Assembly (NCBI RefSeq): GCF_006345805.1
Contig: NC_043007.1
Span: forward strand, 38,874,001 to 38,938,000
Direction of reading: 5' to 3'
DNA from: Octopus sinensis
Lineage: Eukaryota
Length of the DNA: 64,000 bases
The notes under the pieces were generated by a model that saw only the letters and a list, made by a program, of their open reading frames with translations, was not told the origin of the DNA and did no database searches. The position numbers and the translations under genes were made by a program. Below, piece after piece: positions 10,777-22,371 of this stretch. Within the stretch, counting starts at the first letter, position 1. Each line of letters begins with the position of its first letter.

Positions 10777-11800
10777 CTTCAACACATGAACTCATATAAA
10801 GAATCTTGCAAACCAAATCCCAAAACGAAATATATATACATATATATATATACATATATATATATACATATATATATATACATATATACGACGGGCTTCT
10901 TTTAGTTTCCGTTTACCAAATCCACTCACAAGGCTTTAGTCAACCTGAGGCTATAGTAGAAGACACTCGCCTAAGGTGCCATGCAGTGGGACTGAACCCG
11001 AAACCATGTGGTTGGTAAGCAAGCTACTTACCATGCAGCCGCTCCTGTTAAAAAAAAAATTGTTTTCTGATATTTTGGAACTCTTTGTTCCAGTTTAAGT
11101 TTTCAAATATGTGTTTGGTAATGTAGTGGTATTCCTTTTGTCAGCATGCCAAAAGGTGGACTAGTGATTGTAAAGTCTTTTCTAGAAGTCATACCAATAC
11201 TCAAAAAGAAGTTCAGCTATGGTCATTCCACCAATCTGATACTTCAAACATTTTGGTCTGTTTGATCAAGGTTGACCTGGGGGCTAAACAATAGCAACTG
11301 CAACAAGTTAAAAAAAAAAGGCAAAGAGAAAGTAGTAGTAGTAGTAGTAGTAGTGGTGGCAGTGGCGGTGGTGGTGGCAGTGGCGGCATCGGTGGTGATT
11401 TTTGTGGTGGCAGTAGAAAGAGAAGTAGAAGAAAAAGAAGAAGAAGAAGGAGTAGGGGATGGCAGAGGTGAAGGAGATAGAGGAGGTAGAAGAGGGGCAG
11501 CAGCTAGAGGAGGAGAGGGAAGAGTAAAAGAAGGAAAAGGATGAAGAGGGAGTGAAGGACAATGATGTTGATAAGAAGGAAGTAGAAAAAAACTGGCAGC
11601 AAAGTCTGAGTATAATTGCTTCACTAAGAGGTCTAATATGGACTGAAACCTACCCCTCTCTTTCATTAGTCAGTTGGTATTTACAAAGGTACAATCCATT
11701 CAAATCAGCATCTTGAATATTGTCCAAAAATTTCCAATCAACTGATCAAATTGGAGTTATCTCCCTGCTATAGTTTAAGTCTTTTTTTTTTTATTTTTAA

Positions 11801-12097
11801 CTAGCAGTATCGCCCGGCGTTGCTCGGGTTTGTAAGGCAAATAACTATATAAGCATTTTAGAGAGTTACTTCCCTTACATAATAGCAAAAAATGCATTAA
11901 AAATGGGAAAAAATGATGGTAAATTTTTTTTTAAATCGTAGACTCATCGTAGACGCGCGCTAATACCCAGAAGGGCTCGATATAAATCACGACTATAAGA
12001 TACCCGGTTTTGGTTAAACTGCACAGCAAAATGTGGGAGTAGTTAGGAATCTAAATTGTAGGAGACAGACACACAACTTCACTTTTATATATAAAGA
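11801..12097 (-). mobile_element. Non-autonomous Helitron-like element
   Basis: On the minus strand it starts A|TCTTTATATATAAAAGTGAAG and ends CCCGAGCAACGCCGGG (hairpin) ... CTAG|T. Inserted at an AT site with no TSD. Confidence 0.75.
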
Positions 12098-12443
12098 TAT
12101 CCTCAGAGAAGTTTGTTTACTATTTGGGTGGGTACTCTCAGTTGATAGAAGATTACTTTTCAACTTATTCTATTGCATACATGAAAAACTATCATATTAC
12201 ACTTGAATGCCATAATAGAAGGGCAGTCATGCATGGCATTGTTGAAATACTATGAAGGTATTTGTTTGTGTGCCTGTCGTCTGTCAATGTTTCTAACTTT
12301 TCCTATCCACACACACACACACACACATCTATAGGCACAGGCAACAGTGTGATTTCAGGTTCGGTCCCACTACACAACACCTCAGTCTCAAACCAATGCT
12401 TTGTGAGTGAATTTAGTAGTTTGAAACTGTGTGGAAGTCCATC

Positions 12444-12473
<30 letters not shown>

Positions 12474-12516
<43 letters not shown>

Positions 12517-12568
12517 CTATATATCTATTTATCTATCTATCTATCTATCTATCTATCTTCTATATATA

Positions 12569-12606
<38 letters not shown>

Positions 12607-12618
12607 CTATATATCTAT

Positions 12619-12669
<51 letters not shown>

Positions 12670-12717
12670 CTATATATCTATTTATCTATCTATCTATCTA
12701 TCTATCTATCTTCTATA

Positions 12718-12785
<68 letters not shown>
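12474..12785. repeat. (TCTA)n microsatellite with higher-order interruptions
   Basis: Direct reading. TCTTCTATATATCTATTTA interruptions recur. Confidence 0.95.
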
Positions 12786-12786
<1 letters not shown>

Positions 12787-13111
12787 GTGCATGTGTGTGT
12801 GTGGGCATGCGTGTGCATGCATGTGCATGTGTCTTTTTGTTTGTCTCTCATATAAACTTTGTATTGTGACCTCACATCTCCCCCCACATCTCTCTCTATT
12901 TCTATAAAGTAAGGCCATGTATTCATCTCTTCAGAAGACACTTGTTCCTGCCCTCCATCATACTTTCATATTCCTCAATACTGTACACCACTCGGTTGGT
13001 AGTGGCAGGGCCTTGTCTTGTGGGTACATGTTGGCCTCATGAGTATTGCTTCTACATTAAAACCCCCCAGTACCCTCAACAGCATAGTTGATATTAGGAA
13101 AGGCATCCAGC

Positions 13112-13476
13112 TGACTGTGGCCATACTGGAGCACCACCTTTAGTCGAACAAATCAACGCTAGAACTTATTCTTTGTAAGTCTAGTATTATTCTATCGGTC
13201 TCTTATGCTGAACTGCTAAGTTACGGGGCGTAAACACACCAGCATTGGTTCTCAAGTGATGTTGGGGGGGGGGGGACAAACACAGACACACAAACACTTT
13301 ATACATATATATATACACGATGGTTTTCTTTCAGTTTCTGTCTACCAAATCCACTCACAAGGCTTTGGTCAACCTGAGGCTATAGCAGAAGACATTTTCC
13401 CAAGGTGCCATGCAGTGGGACTGAATCCAGAACCATGTGGTTGGTAAGCAAACTACTTACCACACAGCTGCTCCTA
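13112..13476 (-). mobile_element. SINE family A
   Basis: Matches the family A body and head. The tail is missing. Confidence 0.8.
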
Positions 13477-13478
13477 TA

Positions 13479-14737
13479 TCTTATACATAAATAGCAATTT
13501 CTGTCTGTTGATCTGTCTGTTACCATCCCGGTGCCTATGCCAATAAACCAATCTTAACAAAACTTTGCTTATGTGTTAAACTAACACCCATTTTAATTAT
13601 AGGCTAATTGGATTTCAATAAAAATCTATAATGGGCCCTCTAATAGTGGTTGGGCTATTTTTTGATAAAATGAGAAGGGTGCAAAGAGTGTTAGAGTGAG
13701 AGAAATGTGGTGGCATAGTGAGTGTGGTTGATATCAGGGAAGAGGATAACAGTGTTGTGTAAGTGACAAATATGGAGTGGCAGTGGGATAATAATGTTAA
13801 TATAGCTGTCATATACGGATATACACATGGCACCTCATAATACTTTCATAAATACATAGACACACACACACGCACACACACACACACACACACACTCACA
13901 CACACACTCACATGCACATACACATAACTAACTTTTAAGATACCAAGAAAAGGAAAGAAAGGTAGGTGTGAGGAATATGTAGTTTTAGGGAGAGAGTGGG
14001 TAGGTGGCTTTTCTGCTGTCCATCACAAAGAAACACTCACACAGACACACACACATACATACGTATTTACATATGTCTACTATATACCATTTTAAACTCT
14101 TGATTACCTGTGTGTACAGTTGTAAATGTATGTGTGTGTTTCAGTGTTTGTGTGTGTGTGACGTCCTGTAACTGTCTGTCTCTCTACTTTTGTACGGTCT
14201 TCCCCGTTGCTGTCATATATTGTGAAATTTTAGAATTACATCAAAATTTTCAAATTTGATATATTGAAATAATAATCTATGTTAAATCTGATTTTGTTAT
14301 TTATTTGTTCCAGAAAAATTGCGGAAAAATGTTACTGAGGTTTAAAGATTAATCAGTTTTACCTAATCAGAAAGCAGGATTTGGAGGCTGGTATTTTCTG
14401 CATGATAGCTGTCTATCACAAAATGAAAGCAAAATCATTACGAGGATGAATTTTTATTAAACAAATGAAAGCAAAGCACTGCGACGACCAAAGTTGTCAG
14501 AACTTCTCAAGTTTTAATAAGTTTTAATGAATAAAGTCTTGTGAAACAGTCAAACAGACATGTAAATAATTTAAAAAGGTAAAAATCCTCAATGAAGTTT
14601 TTTTGTGAAAAATTGCACAAATCTATCCTGATCAAGAGTGCTATATGTTTTGGAAGGCATGGTCTGACATGGAATAAACAGTTTATATAAGAGGTTCTAT
14701 TGTAAAAATTGCCCGGCAATGACAGAGTATTCAGCTA

Positions 14738-14738
<1 letters not shown>
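13479..14738 (+). mobile_element. Candidate non-autonomous Helitron-like element
   Basis: 5' A|TCTTATACATAAATAGC; subterminal hairpin ATTGCC-C-GGCAAT (14708-14720); 3' CTAG|T. Internal segment 14068-14255 recurs at 15461-15638. The 5' boundary is uncertain. Confidence 0.5.
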
Positions 14739-14781
<43 letters not shown>

Positions 14782-15963
14782 CTATGACAGTATATTTGTA
14801 TCTACTTGTGTATGGCTGTAAGTGTTTGTATGCATGTTCTTATCAATCTGTGTGCAACTGTTTAAATGCTTTTATAAATATATGTCTCTGATTGTCCATC
14901 GGTATGCATGAGCATACATATATATGTGTGTCTGATTATAGTGAGTGTGTGTCTCTGAATGTGTGTGTTTGTGAATGTGTATGTGTGTGTTTAGATAGAT
15001 AAAGGCATTGTGGGTAATTTTTCTTATCAAAGGTGGTGAGGGGAGTCTTTGACATACACATGCGAACCTGATTCTTAGTTTGAGTGCATTATCAGTTACA
15101 CTATCAAATCCTTTTAGTGCATGCCTGTTATGCATGCATGCATGCATGCATGTATGTAGGTAATAGGGGCATTTGACCTAGTGGTTTGGGTGTGGCACTA
15201 ACAATCACGAAATTGTGGTTTCAATTTCTTCATTGACTGTTACGTTGTGCTCTTGAGCAAAACACTTCCTCTTGCATTGCTCAGTGGTCACTTTGACACC
15301 TGACGATGCACCTGTTCAGGTAATGCTGATTTGAGGGAGGGAGTGAGCTAATATACAACACATAGATTTGATCACTATAAACAAATCATTTGTGCAGGTC
15401 GTTCAGCAAGAAATTGCAGAACCAATTTTCTTGGACTGTCTACTATATACATATGTTAAATACATATGTCTACTATATACCATTTTAAACTCTTGATTAC
15501 CTGTGTGTACAGTTGTAAATGTATGTGTGTGTGTGTGTGTGTGACATCCTGTAACTGTCTGTCTCTCTACTTTTGTACGGTCTTCCCCGTTGCTGTCACA
15601 TATTGTGAAATTTTAGAATTACATCAAAATTTTCAAATCGACTTAGAAAATCTGCCGTAGAAAACCATACCACAACAGATAGTTGGAGTCCAGACAGCTC
15701 CCTGCTAACCAGCTCCCTGCCAAACCGTCCAACTTATGCCAGCATAGAGGGCAGACATTAAACAATGATGATGATGATGATGATTTTGTTTCATTTAATT
15801 TTAGCTTAAGGTAATGAATAAGATATTTTTCCTCACTCCTAATGTGCATAAGCAGTGGTAAAGCAATGGCCAGCTTTTGGAACCTGTCACCAAATATGGG
15901 TGTTTCAAGCACAAGGAGATGATTTGCATCTGGTGGAATTATGAAGGGATACTGCAGTACAAC

Positions 15964-16368
15964 TTTACTCTTTTACTTGTTTTACTTGTTTTACTTGTTT
16001 GCAGTCATGTGACTGTGGCCATGCTGGAGCACCACCTTTAGTCGAGCAAATCGACCCCAGGACTTATTCTTTGTAAGCCTAATACTTATTCTATCGGTCT
16101 CTTTTGCCGAACCGCTAAGTTACGGGGACATAAACACACCAGCATCGGTTGTCAAGCGATGTTGGGGGGGGGGACAAACACATACACACAAACACATACA
16201 CACACATACATATATATATACATATATACGACAGGCTTCTTTCAGTTTCCGTCTACCAAATCCACTCACAAGGCTTTGGTTGGCCCAAGGCTAAAAGGTG
16301 CCATGCAGTGGGACTGAACCCGGCACCATGTGGTTCGTAAGCAAGCTACTTACCACACAGCCACTCCT
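15964..16368 (-). mobile_element. SINE family A, near full length
   Basis: Head, centre and tail match family A. Confidence 0.85.
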
Positions 16369-16370
16369 TC

Positions 16371-17025
16371 AAACAGCTGGAGTGGATGTATGCCATTGTG
16401 CAGCTACAATATCCAGCATTGGTTAACAGAAAGCCAACTCTTCTGCAGCAAGACAACACAAGATCTCATACCAATTCAAAGACCCAAATAAACTCCAGGA
16501 ACTTAAAAGAACTGAACTGATGCTACATCCATCATATAGTCCAGACTTAGTTCCCTTGGATTATTATTTGTTCCAATCTATGGATCACTTCCTGCACTCA
16601 TGATGCTTCATCAGGTGGAAGATTCTAGTTTCTTTATTGCCCACAAGGGGCTAAACACAGAGGGGACAAACAAGGACAGACAAAGGGGTTAAGTCGATTA
16701 CATCGACCCCAGTGCGTAACTGGTACTTATTTAATCGACCGACCCCGAAAGGATGAAAGGCAAAGTCGACCTCGGTGGAATTTGAACTCAGAACGTAGCG
16801 GCAGACAAAATACCGCTAAGCATTTCGCCCGGCATGCTAACATTTCTGCCTGCTCACCACCTTTATCAGGTGGAAGATTCTGTGAAGGAGTTCTTCACTT
16901 TGAGAAGACAAGAACTGGTATCAGTATGGGATCAAAGAACTGGCAGAAAAGTGGCTTCAGACAATGTAGTACAATGCCCTCTTCTTTGAATGCTAGGCTG
17001 CTTTTGTTGTGACCTGATGAATAAA
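16371..17025 (+). pseudogene. Mariner transposase C-terminal remnant interrupted by a SINE B
   Basis: Translates to LVNRKPTLLQQDNTRSH and HPSYSPDLVPLDYYLFQSM, degenerate versions of the HDNARPH and YSPDLAPSD motifs. Confidence 0.75.
16627..16864 (-). mobile_element. SINE family B, full length
   Basis: 17-bp TSD ATCAGGTGGAAGATTCT (16610-16626 and 16865-16881). tRNA-like head and central GCCTTTCATCCTTTCGGGGTCG motif. Confidence 0.88.
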
Positions 17026-17340
17026 GCAAATAAGTTACCAAAATATTGCTGAAATTTTGACTCAACACAACACACACTCATGTGCACACGCGCATGCAAA
17101 CATGCACATATACGCATGAGGATGATGATAGTTTTATGCTCAAATTGGCCAGGTCTAGCTTCTCACACCTACCCTACAATATCATTCTAAAAATAAATAA
17201 TTAACCCCATCACAATCTCAGAGCTACAAGGTCATTTATGATTAATTCAAAACACTGAAAAAATAAGCATTACATTTGACAGAGGAATCTGAAGGCTAAA
17301 GGGTTGTATCAGCTACTGTTATATAGAAATGAACTACTTT

Positions 17341-17755
17341 TCTTATTTCTTTATTGCCCACAAGGGGCTAAACATAGAGGGGACAAACAAGGACAAACAA
17401 AGGGATTAAGTCAATTACATCGACTCCAATGTGCAACTGGTACTTAATTTATCGACCCCGAAAGGATGAAAGGCAAAGTCGACCTCGGCAGAATTTGAAC
17501 TCAAAACATAACGGCAGACGAAATACCTATTTCTTTACTACCCACAAGGGGCTAAACACAGAGAGGACAAACAAGGACAGACAAATGGATTAAGTTGATT
17601 ATATTGACCCCAGTGCGTAACTGTTACTTATTTAATCGACCCCGAAAGGATGAAAGGCAAAGTCGACCTTGGTGGAATTTGAACTCAGAACGTAGCGGCA
17701 GATGAAATACCGCTAAGTATTTCGCCCACCGTGCTAACGTTTCTGCCTGCTCACT
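17341..17755 (-). mobile_element. SINE family B tandem dimer
   Basis: Two B bodies joined at GAAATAC|CTATTTCTTTACTACCC (17526/17527). Confidence 0.85.
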
Positions 17756-18107
17756 GCTTCAGAACTACTTTTCTGGTGAATTCATGTGATTTCTTGCTCC
17801 CACCATAATGACTCTATGACCTGGTATCTAAATTTATATCATGTATCATTTTTCAAATAAATAATTATCAGATTTTAAGAGCAGACTTTGAATTTTTTAA
17901 CACAACCTCTTTTTCTTAATTGAAATAATTTTAGATTAGATAAACTGTCAGTGAATAAATTTAAATAAAAATTTTCTTTTCTGATTGTATGTTTAAAAAC
18001 AAAATCATCATTATTTTAACATCCACTTTTCCATACTTTTGTGGGTGAAATGGAGTTAATAATTGAAGTAGATATTTCTATGGCCAGAATTTCTCCTTGT
18101 TAGTAAT

Positions 18108-18636
18108 CCATTAGCATTCAAACCGAGCATTTCTGGTCCAAAAATTCTACCTGTTTTACATTCAAACTGACCAAATCCATCCTCTCACACTTACCTTAAA
18201 ATGTTATTGTAGAAATAAGCAATGTCACCATGGACTCTCAACGCCCTTTTCAAGCCTAGCCTGGCTCATGGGCCTGGTTTCCGTGGTGTATGTGTTCCTC
18301 CCAGCTGGATGGGACACCAGTCCATCGCAGTGTTACTCAAGAAACAAGAAGAGAGAGTGAGAGAAAGTTGTGGCAAAAGAGTACAACAGGGGTCACCACC
18401 ACCCCCTGCCGGTGCCTCGTGGAGCTTTTTAGTTTGTTTCTGCTCAATAAACACACACAACGCCTGGTCTGGGAATCGAAACCGTGATTCTCTGACTGCA
18501 AGTCCACTGCCCTAACCACTGGGCTATTGCGCCTCCACATTGGACTCTCAAAGCTATAAGATAAGGAAGGATTAGTTCAAAACAATGTGAATAAATAAGC
18601 ATTACATTTCACAGAGTAATCTGAATGCTAAAGAGT
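18108..18636. mobile_element. piggyBac-type MITE carrying a SINE C insertion
   Basis: Right end TGAATGCTAAAAGAG|TTAA; left end CCATTAGCATTCA. Related sequence at 17130-17305 and 47187-47320. Confidence 0.55.
18242..18540 (-). mobile_element. SINE family C (tRNA-derived)
   Basis: Head GTGGAGGCGCAATAGCCCAGTGGTTAGGGCAG...GGTTTCGATTCCC. 11-bp TSD TGGACTCTCAA (18231-18241 and 18541-18551). Second copy at 41622-41895. Confidence 0.82.
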
Positions 18637-19124
18637 TAATCCACACCTATTTCCAAGCAAGATAATGTTTCTCTATGGCCAGATATGTTTTTGTAGAACT
18701 GTGCAGTGTCACTTAAAATTGCCTGTGCAGTGCCATGTAAAAGCATCCGTGTAGTGCCATGTAAAAGTGCCTGTGTAGTGCTGTGTAAAAGCTCTCCGAC
18801 AGTGCCATGTAAAAGGATCCAGCACACTCTGTAAAGTGGTTGACATTTGGAAGGGCCTCCGGCTGTAAATAACATGCCAAATCAGACAGGAGTCTTGCCA
18901 ACTCTGGTCACACCGTCCAACACATTGCAACATGGACAACAGACATTAAATGACGATGATGATGATGACGATTGGAAATGAATGACACTGTTTGTATAAC
19001 AGTTGCATTAATTTACAACTATTCCATGATATCAAAGCCAAGGAGGCACAAAAATACACACACATATATCCCTCCCTCCCTCCCTCCCTCCATCCATCCA
19101 TCCATACATACATATATAGGCACA

Positions 19125-19705
19125 GGCATGGTTGTGTGGTAAGAAGCTTGCTTCCAAACCACATGGCCAACCAAAGCCTTGTGAGCAGATTTGATAGACA
19201 GAAACTGAAAGAAGCCTGTTGTATACATCTATCTTTCTATATATGTATTTATGTGATACACATATAGATATATGTATCTTTGTGATACATATATATCTAT
19301 GCGGCGAGCTGGCAGAATCATTAGCACGCCGGGCGAAATGCTTAGCGGTATTTCATCTGCCGTTACATTCTGAGTTCAAATTCTGCCGAGGTCAACTTTG
19401 CCTTTCATCATTTCGGGGTCGATTAAAAAAATACCAGTTATGCACTGGTGTCGATGTAATCGACTTAATCCCTTTGTATCTATGTGTGTGTTTCTTTATG
19501 CCTGTGTTTGTCCCCTACCATGGCTTGACAACAGGTGTTGGTGTGTTTATGTCCCTGTAACTTGATTCAGCAAAAGAGATTGATAGAGTAAGTACCAGGC
19601 TTAACAAAAAAGTAAGAATTGGGTTGATTCATTCAACTAAAAATTCTTCAAGGCAGTGTCAAAACATGGCTGCAATCTAATGATAGAAACAAATAAAAGA
19701 TAAAA
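19125..19705 (+). mobile_element. SINE family A with a 3'-truncated SINE B nested in its microsatellite
   Basis: A head 19125-19235, B head and centre 19303-19476, A 3' half 19505-19705. Confidence 0.7.
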
Positions 19706-19834
19706 AAAAGATACACTCATTCATTCATTCATTCATATATGCATGCATGCATGCATGCATACATACATACATACATACATACATACATACATACTACATA
19801 CATACATACATACATACATACATACATACATACT

Positions 19835-20157
19835 AAAGACTCCCTTTAGTCATGACTGACCATGGGATTGCACCTAGAAAGTTCCCAACTGAGGCTCAAG
19901 TCCGGTCAGGGTTGTTTATGGATGACCAACAGTCACCCATGCATACCAGTCTCCCCTCTCCATGCCACCGATGGTTGTCCAAGGGAAAAGCAAAGGATGA
20001 TACAACTTGGCACCAGTGACATTGCATCTCATTTCTATGGCTGAGTGAACTGTAGCAACGTGAAATAAAGTATCTTACTCAAGAACACAACACGGGAATC
20101 AAACTTATTAGCTCATGATTGTAAGCTCGATGCTTTAACCACTGAGCCATGTGCCCA
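19835..20157 (-). mobile_element. SINE family E (tRNA-derived)
   Basis: Head GGGCACATGGCTCAGTGGTTAAAGCATCG. Related copies at 9590-9782 (-) and 42432-42700 (+). Confidence 0.7.
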
Positions 20158-20243
20158 TATATATATATACATACGTACATACATACATACACACATATAT
20201 ATATATATATATATGATGTGTGTATGTGTGTGTGTATGTATAA

Positions 20244-20370
20244 AGATGTATAAGTGTCAATTCAGTATGGTTGTTTTGAGTGACTCCTTTAATTGTAATG
20301 ATGTAATGCTTTCATTGATCAATTAAAGGAGTCACTTGAAATGCCGTATTGGATTGATACTTATATATCT
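20244..20370 (+). other. Long hairpin (51-bp stem), palindromic repeat or structured RNA candidate
   Basis: 20244-20295 pairs with 20320-20370: 42 Watson-Crick pairs, 9 G-U pairs, one bulged U and no other mismatch on the + strand. Confidence 0.6.
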
Positions 20371-20506
20371 GTGTTACTCATTTATATTTTATTCACCCAA
20401 TATTGTTTGAATGTGCGAAAAAGTTTGTCCTAACAAGGTGTCTCAATTTAAGTACCCAATTCAACTGAATCTAAATTACATTATATATATATTGTATGTA
20501 TGTGTG

Positions 20507-20541
<35 letters not shown>

Positions 20542-20544
<3 letters not shown>

Positions 20545-21372
20545 GGGTTGGACAAAATAATGGGAAACGCCTAGCATCATAGTATTATAATTTTGAAATA
20601 TCTATAAAACTGTCAATAGCTTTTATATTTTTATGTTTTTTGATTTATTATTAGTGTTGCTTAATATGTTTTGCTAAAATTGCTGTTTCATTTCAGATAT
20701 CACCAGAAAAAGGTAATTAAAATTGGAAGAATGTCATCTTCTTGGATGAGTCATCCTTTACCCTATTTCTAACCACCGGCCGAGTATACATGTGGAGACA
20801 GCCAAAAGAAGCATTTGACCCAGACTGCCTTCTTCCAACTGTTAAACATGGAGGAGGATCTGTGGTGATCTGGGGAGACTATATCTTGGAAATCCACTGG
20901 TCCAATGGTTACCCTTCATGACAGAATTGATAGTCAAGACTATTTAAGCATTTTATCTGATCAAATTCATCCTATGGTTGTGGAACTGTTTCCAGAGGGA
21001 AACGCAATCTTTCAGGATGATAATGCACCAATTCACACAGCTAAAATTGTTACTGAATGACACGAGGAACATTCTAGTGAAGTTGAACATCTTATCTGGC
21101 CACCACAGTCCCCAGATCTCAATATTATTGAACATTTATGGTGCATTTTAGAAAAACAAGTAGGGAGTCGATATCCTCCACCATCATCACTACAAGAACT
21201 GGAGACTGTTTTAGCTGAAGAATGGACAAAAATTTCTTTGGAAACAATTTAAACTTTGTATGAGCCCATACCTCATAGATTTCAAGCTGTAATTACTGCC
21301 AAAGGCAGTCCTACCCCATATTAGAATAAATTTGTTTGAAATTTTAATGTATTTCCATTATTTTGTCCAACC

Positions 21373-21376
<4 letters not shown>
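20542..21376 (+). mobile_element. Tc1-like DNA transposon, internally deleted (835 bp)
   Basis: TA TSD inside (TA)n. TIRs CAGGGGTTGGACAAAATAATGG and CCATTATTTTGTCCAACCTCTG. DD34E motifs VIFLDESSF, TVKHGGGSVVIWG, FQDDNAPIH and WPPQSPDLNIIEHLW are present with stops and a frameshift. The N-terminal DNA-binding region is absent. Confidence 0.92.
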
Positions 21377-21423
<47 letters not shown>

Positions 21424-21424
21424 A

Positions 21425-21604
21425 CTGGAGTAAACACATAAATGTGAAACAAGGTGGAAAAAAGAGTACACAAATACCAGAGGTAGAGTAATATGCTTTA
21501 TTTAAAAGCATGTTACTTTTGTTAAAAACAAAACTATCCGACGAATGGGAACGTAAAACTCCAAGTAACAGCTTTTGTTAAATTTCTGCTGCTTTTAAAT
21601 AAAG

Positions 21605-21609
<5 letters not shown>
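21425..21609 (+). mobile_element. Short Penelope-like terminal-repeat derivative with a degenerate hammerhead motif
   Basis: Inverted repeat ATATGCTTTATTTAAAAGCA / TGCTTTTAAATAAAGTATAT brackets a hammerhead-like fold at 21527-21579. Confidence 0.45.
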
Positions 21610-21667
<58 letters not shown>

Positions 21668-22371
21668 CACACACACACACATGTAATGGTCTTCTTTCAG
21701 TTTATGTCTACTAAATCCACTCGCCAGGCTATTGCCATCCCAGTGCTATATCAGAAGCTACTTGTTCAAGTTGCCATGCAGTGGGTCTGAAACTAACACC
21801 ACGTAATCGGAGAGCAAACTTCTTGATTACACAGCCATGCCTGGGCCTGTTATAATATTTGTCTAACGATATTATTATTCCCCCATCATTCTGCATCACA
21901 TTTGTAAAATCAGGATGTAATCTTAAAGACATTTCTTCATTAATGTACTGAAAATAACTCCACATCCTGTTCCATTATCTGAATGTGACCAATCTGTGTA
22001 CCTGACCTAGTTGCATTGCAGATAAAATATCATGCAATTCCTCTGCTTAGAGATATTATTCTAGCTTTACGTTATGAGTTTGAATTCCACTAAAGTTGAC
22101 TTAGCTTTTCATTCTTTTGGTGGGGTCGATAAAATAAGTTCCAATCCAGCACTGGAGCCAATGAAATTGACTAGCCACCAATCCCCAAATTTCAGACTTT
22201 GTGTTTATGTTAGAAAGGGCAGGCATGGTAAGAAGTTTGCTTCACAACTACAAGCATGGCACTTTGGAAAAGTGTCTTCTATTATTGGCCCTGGGCCAAT
22301 GCGAGCCATGTAAGTGAATTTTGTAGACAGAAATTGAAAGAAACCCATTATGTGTGTATATAATCCTTATC

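Larger units (their letters stand above)
9920..11046 (-). mobile_element. SINE family A with a greatly expanded TA microsatellite and a fold-back insert
   Basis: Family A halves at 9920-10135 and 10885-11046. Confidence 0.8.

Noticed and set aside
11654-11741. Possible minus-strand exon (DWKFLDNIQDADLNGLYLCKYQLTNERE)
   Set aside because: Splice signals are moderate only and the peptide is not recognisable, so there is not enough support.
13256-13447. Recurring short ORFs ending ...CHAVGLNPEPCGW or containing WPCWSTT
   Set aside because: They recur because they are translations of SINE A copies, not a peptide gene family.
17012-17020. Other CTGATGA occurrences (17013, 51064, 56714) as hammerheads
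   Set aside because: No stem II/GAAA or stem I pairing follows them.
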